Shown in pieces: positions 1-9,495 of a stretch of 64,000 nucleotides of DNA. The position numbers and the translations under genes were made by a program. The notes under the pieces were generated by a model that did no database searches, had not been told where the DNA came from, and saw nothing but the letters and a program-made list of their open reading frames with translations. The stretch spans positions 124,001 through 188,000 of the IMG/VR virus record IMGVR_UViG_3300009184_000029; one strand, given 5' to 3'. How positions within the stretch are numbered: position 1 is the stretch's first letter; every line of letters begins with the position of its first letter.

Positions 1-1
1 T

Positions 2-655
2 GATAGTTTTTCAGCTGATTATTATGGGTTTGATACAAATTATAAATTAGAAAGACCTTGTTGTAATGGTAAAGGAATTACTCCCGAACCTGAACCTGAA
101 CCATTACCCGACGCTTTATTATTTATTGAGCCGGTTTCAAAATCTTCTTTTGTTTCAAATTATATGGTATCTCAGGGAGTGAATTTTTACGGTTTTAATT
201 ATGGAATACCTCCAACATCTGATGATGATATTTTAAACTATATGGAAATGTATGCCAATTATGGTGACGATAATAATTTACCAATAGTTATACGACAAAC
301 AATACCCCAAACTAATGGAGGTTATGATGATTTTAACAATCCTATAACAAAATATAATTTTTTAACAACCGAGATTGATTTAGGAACAATAAATGAAGAC
401 GCTTGGTATACTTGGGTTATACCCATGGATTCTTTAGGAGGAGGTAAACAAACTAAAATATCTTATAGTACATCATCCCCAAATGACCTATTAACTGAAA
501 ATATGAACAATCTAATATATCAATACGATGTTGTTTATAATGGTGTGAGCTTTAATTCGGGAAAATATTCAGTTTATACAACTTTTCAAAGTCATAATTT
601 TAGGTTGAATAATAATAATAGATATATTTATTTTAAAGGTCATACTGTAGAATAA
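2..655 (+). CDS. Hypothetical (probably structural) protein, 5'-truncated by window edge
   Basis: Frame of the 164..655 ORF is open back to position 2 (DSFSADYYGFDTNYKLERPCCNGKGITPEPEPEPLPD...), so the true start is probably upstream of the window; tightly coupled to next gene. Confidence 0.6.
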   Translation, partial: DSFSADYYGFDTNYKLERPCCNGKGITPEPEPEPLPDALLFIEPVSKSSFVSNYMVSQGVNFYGFNYGIPPTSDDDILNYMEMYANYGDDNNLPIVIRQTIPQTNGGYDDFNNPITKYNFLTTEIDLGTINEDAWYTWVIPMDSLGGGKQTKISYSTSSPNDLLTENMNNLIYQYDVVYNGVSFNSGKYSVYTTFQSHNFRLNNNNRYIYFKGHTVE

Positions 656-656
656 A

Positions 657-2195
657 ATGAGTTTCAATTATAAAAATCCATTATCATCAACACAATTAGA
701 CGGTACTAATTCGGTATCAAGAACATCAGTTTTTGGTACAAATTTTTCGGTTTTACAGACTGGTGGTTATATGGAAATATACCATTTAAGTGGTCTAACA
801 TTTACAATACCTAACGGAAGTACAGGTTTAACTGAATATAGTGGTAATACAATACCTATTCAGTTTACTGTTTCAAATAATGTTAATGTACCAAATGTAC
901 TAACATTAAATTCTGATAATATATCTTCAGGGAGACAAAGGTTGGGAATGTTGGTTTATGTTTATGAAAACAATACAACCTATCAATTAAGAATTCCTAA
1001 TTATGATGAATTATTTACTAGTGCAGTTACTACCAATGACGTTACCCAAACACAATTTGGTACTGCTGTAACTTATTCAGGACAAGGTGGGGTATCATTA
1101 ATTAACGCTTGGACGGCGAACACTATTGATGGTGTTGGTGGATATACAAAGGATGATGCTAAATGGGTAGTATATGTTGGGGATGGTGGAGGCGCGTCTT
1201 TAGTGAGTGGAACCACATCAGCAGGTACGGGTTCAACAACCGCAATCACTTTAAATTTAGTTGAGAATAATGGCACGAGTGGAATTACTGTAGATTTATC
1301 TAATGCGTTAACCTACATAAATCCTGACCCTGTTAAAAAAACTGTTGGAGGTATAGAAATACCTAACGCACCATTTGTTAGTGGGATGACTTTTCAACAA
1401 ATAATTGATGAGATTTTTTATCCTAAATTACCTCCCACAATTTTATTTAATAGATTTAATAGTTTTTTAATTGGTGGGACCGGACTTTTTGATACAAACC
1501 AAGTTTATGAAGTGGGCACGATTGGTGGGGTACAAATGACCGCAGGAATTATTCAAGGACAATCAACGGCAACTGGACAACCAATAAAATATATGGGTTT
1601 ACCAAACACATATACATTTACAGGAAACGGATTTACAACACAAACATTTAGTACTGCCGATTTAAGTAGAGCAACAACAGAAGTAAGCTATACAGGTTCG
1701 GTAGGTACAAACACATTTTACGTTAAAGTTGATTATAATTCAGGTGACATTCCTGTTTATGATGATGGTAGTCCATATAATAATGCCACATTTATTAATG
1801 CTGGTAGCATTTCAACAACAACAAGTTTTAATTGTAACTATCCATTTTTTGCAAATACTTTAGATATAACAGACTCTGACGGAACAAAATTAACATTAGC
1901 GGCAAGCACTGTATCTGAATACGTTTTTGAATACTTTCAAACAGAAATTAACGACCCAACAGGATTTGGAGTTTTTAAAAATTATATTGATATTGCCCAA
2001 GACTATCCAAAAAACTTAACTGATATTTTATACTATGATGGTATAAGTAAATCATACGTTTCAATATTCCAAAATTTTAGTATTGACAGTACAGTGACAC
2101 ATAATATCCAAGGAGTTACTATAGATTATGATAGATGGGAAAATAATTATAGTGTTGCGGCCGGAGGTAGAACAATTAAATTAATATTTAGTTAA
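657..2195 (+). CDS. Putative virion structural / fibre-associated protein
   Basis: 512 aa, T/G/S/N-rich beta-type composition, RLGMLVYV motif, located in fibre cluster. Confidence 0.5.
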   Translation: MSFNYKNPLSSTQLDGTNSVSRTSVFGTNFSVLQTGGYMEIYHLSGLTFTIPNGSTGLTEYSGNTIPIQFTVSNNVNVPNVLTLNSDNISSGRQRLGMLVYVYENNTTYQLRIPNYDELFTSAVTTNDVTQTQFGTAVTYSGQGGVSLINAWTANTIDGVGGYTKDDAKWVVYVGDGGGASLVSGTTSAGTGSTTAITLNLVENNGTSGITVDLSNALTYINPDPVKKTVGGIEIPNAPFVSGMTFQQIIDEIFYPKLPPTILFNRFNSFLIGGTGLFDTNQVYEVGTIGGVQMTAGIIQGQSTATGQPIKYMGLPNTYTFTGNGFTTQTFSTADLSRATTEVSYTGSVGTNTFYVKVDYNSGDIPVYDDGSPYNNATFINAGSISTTTSFNCNYPFFANTLDITDSDGTKLTLAASTVSEYVFEYFQTEINDPTGFGVFKNYIDIAQDYPKNLTDILYYDGISKSYVSIFQNFSIDSTVTHNIQGVTIDYDRWENNYSVAAGGRTIKLIFS

Positions 2196-2198
2196 TAT

Positions 2199-4925
2199 AT
2201 GAGTAGGTTATCAGGACAAACAAGTGTTGCAACAAACGCAGACATTTTAATGAATTCACCCTTTGACACAAGGTCGTGGACTCCTTATTATTCTGGGTTA
2301 ACTGACGGTACAATACCACAACCATATAAAGGAATGTTGGTTTCGGTATATGATGATAACGATTCAAATAAGAATGGTCTTTATTTTTGTACAGATATTG
2401 GGGGTCCCGGCGTTGTAACTACTAGTTCCACTATTTGGGAAAAATTGGGGTCGGGAGCCGGAACATTGACAGGAGGAACAATATCTACCGATAATAAAAT
2501 ATCAGGTGGAACAATTAGTGGATATACAATATATTTTGGTCAAGTAAATGCCGCAACAGGTGGTACATATTCTAATGGTACTATAAGTTTATCAGGTAGT
2601 GGGTCTTTAGGTACTATAACAGGATTTAATGTTTTATCAGGTACTGGCGTAGATTATAGCTATGTTAATGACTCAAATAATTACGGTTTAAAAATTGACG
2701 CAACAAACCAACAAATATCATTTAAATTAAATAATGGTACTATTTTATCGGCGTATACTGGTTCACTTAAAGATTTTTATATTACCGCAGGAACTTACAA
2801 TAATACATCTGGAGTAATTACATTTTATAATACTTCAGGTGGTTCATTTCCTGTATCAGGATTTACAACAGGAAATGACAATTACTACACAACAGGCTCA
2901 ACGTACACTCCAACAAATGGTATAATAACATTTAATAGGACTGATTTACAATCAGCATATTCTGCAACAGGGTTTAATTATGTTACCGGATTTACTGTAA
3001 GTAGTAACAGAATAAGTGGTTATACGAATATTAGTGGGGCTTCAGTTGTTTATGGTGGAACAATAAATGCAGTAACTGGAGGTAGTTTCTCAAATAACAT
3101 ATTATACTTATCAGGAACAGGTAGTATATTATCAGGAGTATCCATCACAGGGTTTAGTACGACTTTAGGGGAATATCTTCCACTAAGTGGAGGAACCGTA
3201 ACAGGAGGTACAAGATTCCAAAGTGGATTAACTGCAAATACAATATCGGCAACAACTTACTTTAATCTTCCAATCAGTGGGTTGACTAACGGAACAGGTA
3301 TCGGTATAAGTGGTTCAAATGGTAATTACACAATCTCATATACCGGCTCAACAGGTATTTCAGGAAACTACCTACCTATAAGTGGAGGGACCCTAACAGG
3401 AGGTACAATATTCCAAAGCGGATTGACGGCAAACACAATTTCTGCGACAACTTATTATAATTTACCTGTTAGTGGTTTAACTAACGGAACAAGTATTGGT
3501 ATAAGTGGTTTAAATGGTAATTACAGAATTTCATACACGGGTAACACAATAACTGGAGGTACTTTAAATTTAACAGGTGGCAGTATTAATTTTTCAGGGA
3601 CATCATCAGGGTTTACTGTGACAGGATTTACTTATGTAACAGGTTTTACTGTTAATTCAAATAATACAATTAGTGGTTATACAAATATTAGTGGAGCGTC
3701 AGTTGCTTATGGTGGAACTATAAATGCTATTACAGGTGCAACATATAACGCAACAGGTAGAACATTATCTTTGTCAGGTACTGGAAGTTTATCCTCAGGT
3801 GTAACAGTTTCAGAACAATTTGATTATTATGGTTTAAAGGAATTAGACCTTAACCTGAATACCTTAGTATTAACTGCAACTTCCTTTGGAAATTATAAAA
3901 CTACCGTTAATTTAACACCCATAAGTGTTTTTTATAACTATGTGACTGGAGGAACTTACGATATCAGTGCGGGAACAATAACATTCCGTTCAGTATCAGG
4001 AACTGCATTCCCAGTATCAGGATTCACAACTGGATTAACTACAACAACAGGCTCAACCTATTATCCTTCACAAGGAGCTATAGAGTTTACTAAAACAGGT
4101 GGTGTACCACCATACTCAGCAACTGGATTTAATTATGTTACAGGGTTTACAGTTAACAATCCAACAAACTCAATAAGTGGTTACACAAATATAAGTGGAA
4201 ATACTCCCGTATTTGGTGGGATTATAACGGCAGTGACAGGAGGTACTTATACGGGAGGAACACTATATTTGTCAGGTACAGGATTAATTTCAACAGGAAT
4301 TACAATATCAGGATTTAACAATAATCAATCAAACGCAGTATTAAGTGGTGGTGTTAATAATTATTTGGCAAAATGGACAGGGTCAACCGCATTAACCGTA
4401 AGTCAAATATATGATAACGGAACAAATGTCGGAATAGGATTATCAGGAGTAACAAATAAACTACACATATCCGCATCAACAAATCCTATAAGAATAGAGG
4501 GTATTCAACAGTCGGCTCAAACTCAAACTACATCTAAATTTTTAATGATTGATGATAATGGTACCGTATTTTGGAATAATGTTACCCCAACTACAGGTAT
4601 TTCAATATATCTTTCAGCAAGAACTAATAGTGGGCAAGTTGATTTTATACCTACAGGAACATCTGCAAATTACAGAAGTGTTAATTATAATTACCAACTA
4701 AGAAGAACTGCAAACCAAACAATAAGAAGCGGTACATTACAAGCAGTTTGGAGTAGCGGAGCGACTGGTGGAGTTAATTACACCGATATGGGACCGTTAC
4801 AATTTTTAGACGGTGGTGATTCTATAAATTATATAGCAGTTTCAGGAGTTACAGGAGGAATCACTGTAGATATTAGTGTATCTACTGGTACTTGGGAATT
4901 TAAGGCTTATAAAGTTTTATTATAA
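2199..4925 (+). CDS. Gly/Thr-rich repeat tail-fibre-like protein
   Basis: 908 aa with many TGGT/SGGT motifs, YLPLSGGT fibre motif, internal repeats, DNGTNVGIG motif. Confidence 0.65.
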   Translation: MSRLSGQTSVATNADILMNSPFDTRSWTPYYSGLTDGTIPQPYKGMLVSVYDDNDSNKNGLYFCTDIGGPGVVTTSSTIWEKLGSGAGTLTGGTISTDNKISGGTISGYTIYFGQVNAATGGTYSNGTISLSGSGSLGTITGFNVLSGTGVDYSYVNDSNNYGLKIDATNQQISFKLNNGTILSAYTGSLKDFYITAGTYNNTSGVITFYNTSGGSFPVSGFTTGNDNYYTTGSTYTPTNGIITFNRTDLQSAYSATGFNYVTGFTVSSNRISGYTNISGASVVYGGTINAVTGGSFSNNILYLSGTGSILSGVSITGFSTTLGEYLPLSGGTVTGGTRFQSGLTANTISATTYFNLPISGLTNGTGIGISGSNGNYTISYTGSTGISGNYLPISGGTLTGGTIFQSGLTANTISATTYYNLPVSGLTNGTSIGISGLNGNYRISYTGNTITGGTLNLTGGSINFSGTSSGFTVTGFTYVTGFTVNSNNTISGYTNISGASVAYGGTINAITGATYNATGRTLSLSGTGSLSSGVTVSEQFDYYGLKELDLNLNTLVLTATSFGNYKTTVNLTPISVFYNYVTGGTYDISAGTITFRSVSGTAFPVSGFTTGLTTTTGSTYYPSQGAIEFTKTGGVPPYSATGFNYVTGFTVNNPTNSISGYTNISGNTPVFGGIITAVTGGTYTGGTLYLSGTGLISTGITISGFNNNQSNAVLSGGVNNYLAKWTGSTALTVSQIYDNGTNVGIGLSGVTNKLHISASTNPIRIEGIQQSAQTQTTSKFLMIDDNGTVFWNNVTPTTGISIYLSARTNSGQVDFIPTGTSANYRSVNYNYQLRRTANQTIRSGTLQAVWSSGATGGVNYTDMGPLQFLDGGDSINYIAVSGVTGGITVDISVSTGTWEFKAYKVLL
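3174..3542 (+). repeat. Intragenic tandem duplication: two 174-nt (58-aa) copies, period 195 nt
   Basis: 3174-3347 YLPLSGGTVTGGTRFQSGLTANTISATTYFNLP...YTG versus 3369-3542 YLPISGGTLTGGTIFQSGLTANTISATTYYNLP...YTG. Confidence 0.9.
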
Positions 4926-6385
4926 TGAGTAATACTAATGGGGCAATTTCATATCAGTCAATTTATGTTAATTCAGGTATTAAGTCCAATGTAATATCTG
5001 CAACAACAATAAGTGCAAATACTTTTTATGGTGGAAGTTTGTCAGCTTCTTTTATTGGGAATGGAGACGTAAATGACCAAGAATTTATTTATATTAGTGG
5101 TATTACATCCGATACTCAAACTCAAATAAACCAAAAAGTATCATTCAGTACAAAATTTTTAACTTATGCATCCTCACAATCAGGGTTACCAGTAAGTAAA
5201 AAACTTGAGGGTATAAATGTAACATTGGAAGATAATGGTACAGAAATTAAAGTGTCTTTACCATTTAGTCAGACTCTATTTAAACAATATATCATATCTG
5301 TTTCAACTGTAACATCTTCAACCGCGATTACTAATTTTAATTTAACAACATTATTTAATTTAACTAATGAATCAGTACAAGTTGTGATTAATCAAGGAAA
5401 TGCGGTTATTTCAGGAATAAGTGGTGGAACAGATGGTAGAGTTTTAATGATAACAAATACAGGTAGTGGGTTAATAATTTTAGAAAATGAAAGTACAAAA
5501 TGTGTACCCAATAACTCAATAAAATTTAAATTCTCTTTTGGAGAGGCTTGTTTTTTAACAAGATATAAAAGTATATTTTTAATATATAACTCATCAGAAC
5601 AATGTTGGAAAAATATAAATTTTGGAACATCTGATGTTCAGTATGATTATGTAAATGATTTTGCAAAAACTTGGGATGCTTCAACTCAAAATACTTCCTC
5701 TTGGCAATATAATGGATTGATACCTAATATCCCAATTCAAACTAATATAACCCCTGCAAATATTCTATCAAATCTTGTAACAAATAATTTTTTAGATTCA
5801 AATCACGTTTTAAAAATATCGTTACCACCAAACTCATCTACAACTACTTCTACTTACATTTCATTACATAAACCAAACAGAAGTGACAATTATTTTACAA
5901 CACATATTACCTCAACAATGTTAAATTTATATAAATTTTCATTAACTTCAACAACATTTGATGTAAATTATTGTTTTATGTTTGGTTTTAGTGATTCAGG
6001 ACTTAGTAAAAGATTAAATTTAAATGGGGGAGGGTCAAATGTTGGATTTAGAACCCCATTTGTTACAGATACTTCTCCGACATATTTTCAAACAGGAATT
6101 TTAACTCATACTGTTCTTAATATCACACAATCCTCATCATTATCAACAACTTTATTAGTATCAAGTTGTGTAAATTCTTGGTGTTATGCGGGGCTTTATA
6201 AATCTCCAGAATACATTATATTTATAACGTCCTCTAATGGAGGTGAATATAACATAGAAAGAGTTTATACTAATGGGTCATATTTCACACCATTCTCGAT
6301 GTTAAGGTCTGCCCAAAATAACACTACAAATACTAATTCTATTTTTTTAGATACTTATTCTCAGATAGACTCTGGTGATTTTTAA
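4925..6385 (+). CDS. Putative fibre/receptor-binding protein, paralogue 1 of 3
   Basis: N-terminal ISATTISANTFYG and YISGITSDTQTQIN motifs plus ISGISGGTDGR module shared with the next two genes. Confidence 0.55.
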   Translation: MSNTNGAISYQSIYVNSGIKSNVISATTISANTFYGGSLSASFIGNGDVNDQEFIYISGITSDTQTQINQKVSFSTKFLTYASSQSGLPVSKKLEGINVTLEDNGTEIKVSLPFSQTLFKQYIISVSTVTSSTAITNFNLTTLFNLTNESVQVVINQGNAVISGISGGTDGRVLMITNTGSGLIILENESTKCVPNNSIKFKFSFGEACFLTRYKSIFLIYNSSEQCWKNINFGTSDVQYDYVNDFAKTWDASTQNTSSWQYNGLIPNIPIQTNITPANILSNLVTNNFLDSNHVLKISLPPNSSTTTSTYISLHKPNRSDNYFTTHITSTMLNLYKFSLTSTTFDVNYCFMFGFSDSGLSKRLNLNGGGSNVGFRTPFVTDTSPTYFQTGILTHTVLNITQSSSLSTTLLVSSCVNSWCYAGLYKSPEYIIFITSSNGGEYNIERVYTNGSYFTPFSMLRSAQNNTTNTNSIFLDTYSQIDSGDF

Positions 6386-6386
6386 T

Positions 6387-7916
6387 ATGAAGGATTTAAG
6401 GTATGATAATGGTTTAAGTGTTGAAAACAACTTAGTTTTTTCTTCAGTTATCTCTGCAACAATAACGGCATCAACATTTTATGGTAATATTAATGCATCT
6501 TTTTTAGGCTCAGGAATTACTAACGCAAATTTTTCATACGTAAATGGTGTGACTGATTATATCCAAACTCAAATAAATGATAGAGCATTTAGTGGAGAAC
6601 CATTTATAATTTACGAAAGTCAAATTTTTGGTAATCAAAAACTTATAACTGGAGGTACAGGAATTAATATAAATGTTGGATATTCTTCATCACAAGTCTC
6701 AATTGAAAATTCGGGAGTACCATCAATTATATTAAATTCAATAACAGACAATATAAGTATATTATACCCTTTTAGTGTGAATAATTATAGTCCTAATGGG
6801 TATTCAAATTCAATTATTAATATTAGAATTAATCCTAATTCTGTTATAAAAATAACAGGATTATCTGGTGGGACTAGCGGTAGAAATATAGTTTTACAAA
6901 ATATTAGTGATTATTTAATAATTTTAGAAAATAATGGAACTGGTAGTACTTCAGTTAATCAATTTTATTTTGCAAATAAAACAAGTTATTTTTTAAAACC
7001 AAATTCACAAATACAAATTATATACAACTCAACAATTAATAAATGGACCGATACTATAAATAACAATAATGGATTAAAAAATTATGATTATTTTACCATA
7101 TCGGAGACTTTTGATGGATTTTGGTTTCCTAGTGTCAATACATTCCCTGCGGGTTCTATAAGACTTACATACCCAAGAAATGGTGATATATTCGCAATAG
7201 AATCAAATCCTAATAATTTAACAACAAATCAAACTGCGTATTATTCATCTGAAAATGGGTTAAGAATTTTTAGAGGAATTGGTGATATTTTAGGTAATAG
7301 GACAGGAAGGATTAGTATTGGGTACCCTAATTATGATACTGACTGTCAAAGTAACTCAGGATATTCATTAACAATGGTTTCTAAATTTTCAGTTTTAAAA
7401 CCATCTGCCCCATTTTTAGGGGATACAGATAATTGGGTAATAACATTTGGAACTAACAATAATCTTCTTACTTCAGATTATTTAACACTCACATCTACTA
7501 ACACAACTTTCCCCAATTTTAATGGGGGCTCCTTTTGGTTATTTGATTGGAAATCAAATAACTCATACGCTAGGTACTCAATTCAATCAACAGGTAACAC
7601 AAGTCAAATAGGCGTCTCATCATTTAGTCTTAATAGTATTCAATCTGACGAACCAAAAATATTTGGAGTATACCATAAACCCAATAGAAACTCAGTCGAG
7701 TATGTTTCAACATTTTTTTGGGCAAGTATATCCGGAGAGTCTGAAAATTATGTGATAGAACAACCATTAAGTGGTTCACAAATTAGTAATGGAGTAGTTA
7801 AAGGTAATCCATCTTTAATATTTTATGGTAATTCTAATTTTAATCCGGAATCTTCAATAAATAACAACGCTAAAGTACAAATAAAATATTTGGTAATTGA
7901 TAAAGACAAACTATAA
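6387..7916 (+). CDS. Putative fibre/receptor-binding protein, paralogue 2 of 3
   Basis: ATG at 6387 just after upstream stop preferred to GTG at 6375; YVNGVTDYIQTQIN and ITGLSGGTSGR motifs. Confidence 0.55.
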   Translation: MKDLRYDNGLSVENNLVFSSVISATITASTFYGNINASFLGSGITNANFSYVNGVTDYIQTQINDRAFSGEPFIIYESQIFGNQKLITGGTGININVGYSSSQVSIENSGVPSIILNSITDNISILYPFSVNNYSPNGYSNSIINIRINPNSVIKITGLSGGTSGRNIVLQNISDYLIILENNGTGSTSVNQFYFANKTSYFLKPNSQIQIIYNSTINKWTDTINNNNGLKNYDYFTISETFDGFWFPSVNTFPAGSIRLTYPRNGDIFAIESNPNNLTTNQTAYYSSENGLRIFRGIGDILGNRTGRISIGYPNYDTDCQSNSGYSLTMVSKFSVLKPSAPFLGDTDNWVITFGTNNNLLTSDYLTLTSTNTTFPNFNGGSFWLFDWKSNNSYARYSIQSTGNTSQIGVSSFSLNSIQSDEPKIFGVYHKPNRNSVEYVSTFFWASISGESENYVIEQPLSGSQISNGVVKGNPSLIFYGNSNFNPESSINNNAKVQIKYLVIDKDKL

Positions 7917-9400
7917 TGGAAGGTAAAAAAGTATATGGTGGATTTTCAGGAGTTACATTTTCAGCGTACTCTGACTATATAACTTCAACATTTGTTAGTG
8001 CATCAACCCTATCAGGTCAGATTAATGCGATATATATCGGAACGGGTCTTACAACGCCAAATAATGTAACAAATACTGAAATATCTTATTTAAACGGACT
8101 TAACTCAAATGTTCAGTTACAAATTACAGGTAAGGGTCAAAAAAATCAAAATTATTTAACTTATAATACTGCAAGTACTTTAACTAATTATAGAAAACTA
8201 ACTAATGGGATTAATATTACGTCTACAACACAAGGTAATTATATTAGTTTTTCGTACCTACCAAATATACAAGAATATAATGTTAACATTATTGATGATT
8301 CACCAATAGGTGTTAATAACATAGTTAATAATTATAATCCCACAGGGTGGGACGGTACTTTACCTAATAAATCCACAGAAATTAGAATGAATCCTACGAA
8401 TTTAATTTTAATAACAAATTTACTAGGTAATGTTAATGGTAGAATTTGTAGGTTAAGAAATATTAGTAGATATCCTATCATATTACAATATAATAACTCA
8501 GGAACAGGTAGATTCATTTTTAGGGGACTAACTGATTATGTGCTCAGACCAAATAAAACAATGATGTTTACATGTATTAATGATGAATGGGTTGAATTTG
8601 GGGATATTAAATATTACGGATTTGATTATATAGATACCTTTAAAATTACGGTATCTGACCAGACAACAACTACTAGTAACGCATCAATAAACACAATATT
8701 ACCAAAAAAATCAAGTAATTTTGTTTTTTCGGCAAATACAACACAACTCTCAAATTATATTTTTTATTGGGATGTTAGTTTTAAATTATACACTAAAAAT
8801 TTTCACGCCCCGTCAACAGGAACTAATTTAAAATTTTATACAGTAGGACAGTTTAATAAAAAAACAATATTAAATAATTCAGGTTCAACCATTCTAATGG
8901 AAAGTAGATTAGGACAACCAAGTCAGGGTTCGGCTGTCAACTCAAATTTAAATATGCCGGTTGTGGTTAATGGATTTACAAATTTTGATTTAAGTTATGG
9001 GTATCAATCAGCAACATCAAATTACACTTCACACCCTAACTTTAATGGGGGCTTATTTTTTGTTGGGGTATTTGGAAATAATTATTCTGCAATAACTCAG
9101 TACAATAATGGAACTAGTAATATTATAGACACTGGAATTAATTATCTAAATCCATTATCATTAGGTGTATGCGTGTTAACAAAATCAAATGTTAATAATG
9201 GCGAAGTTATATACTATATAAAAAATAATGCAACTAATGATTATACTATTTTTAATAAAATTATATTAGATAGTGAAATTTTAAATTCATTTCCAAACCT
9301 ATCAATTTTCTCTAATAATATAAATACCATCCCATATACGTGTACATTAGGTAATGGTAGTTACATTGCTTTAAGATTTGTAAAAATGTCAAAAGATTAA
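7916..9400 (+). CDS. Putative fibre/receptor-binding protein, paralogue 3 of 3
   Basis: VTNTEISYLNGLNSNVQLQI and ITNLLGNVNGR motifs; TAATG stop/start overlap. Confidence 0.55.
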   Translation: MEGKKVYGGFSGVTFSAYSDYITSTFVSASTLSGQINAIYIGTGLTTPNNVTNTEISYLNGLNSNVQLQITGKGQKNQNYLTYNTASTLTNYRKLTNGINITSTTQGNYISFSYLPNIQEYNVNIIDDSPIGVNNIVNNYNPTGWDGTLPNKSTEIRMNPTNLILITNLLGNVNGRICRLRNISRYPIILQYNNSGTGRFIFRGLTDYVLRPNKTMMFTCINDEWVEFGDIKYYGFDYIDTFKITVSDQTTTTSNASINTILPKKSSNFVFSANTTQLSNYIFYWDVSFKLYTKNFHAPSTGTNLKFYTVGQFNKKTILNNSGSTILMESRLGQPSQGSAVNSNLNMPVVVNGFTNFDLSYGYQSATSNYTSHPNFNGGLFFVGVFGNNYSAITQYNNGTSNIIDTGINYLNPLSLGVCVLTKSNVNNGEVIYYIKNNATNDYTIFNKIILDSEILNSFPNLSIFSNNINTIPYTCTLGNGSYIALRFVKMSKD

Positions 9401-9407
9401 ATGACAT

Positions 9408-9438
9408 TTGACAAATATATTTTAGTTTCATAGATTTA
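9408..9438 (+). promoter_or_regulatory. Host-RNAP-type early/middle promoter of DNA polymerase
   Basis: TTGACA(9408-9413)-N17-TAGATT(9431-9436); also reads TTTG-N20-TAGATTTA, close to the Bacteroidota consensus; -35 overlaps inverted repeat AAATGTCA/TGACATTT. Confidence 0.6.
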
Positions 9439-9495
9439 AATTTGAAAGGTAAATTCCATATTTTATGGAAGCCAATACACCAATTTAAATTTATT

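Noticed and set aside
83-103. CCTGAA-type short repeat
   Set aside because: Simply encodes a PEPEPEP linker in the truncated first ORF
2199-9400. Diversity-generating retroelement acting on fibre genes
   Set aside because: No reverse transcriptase and no near-identical TR/VR pair with adenine-specific mismatches; repeat differences are mostly synonymous
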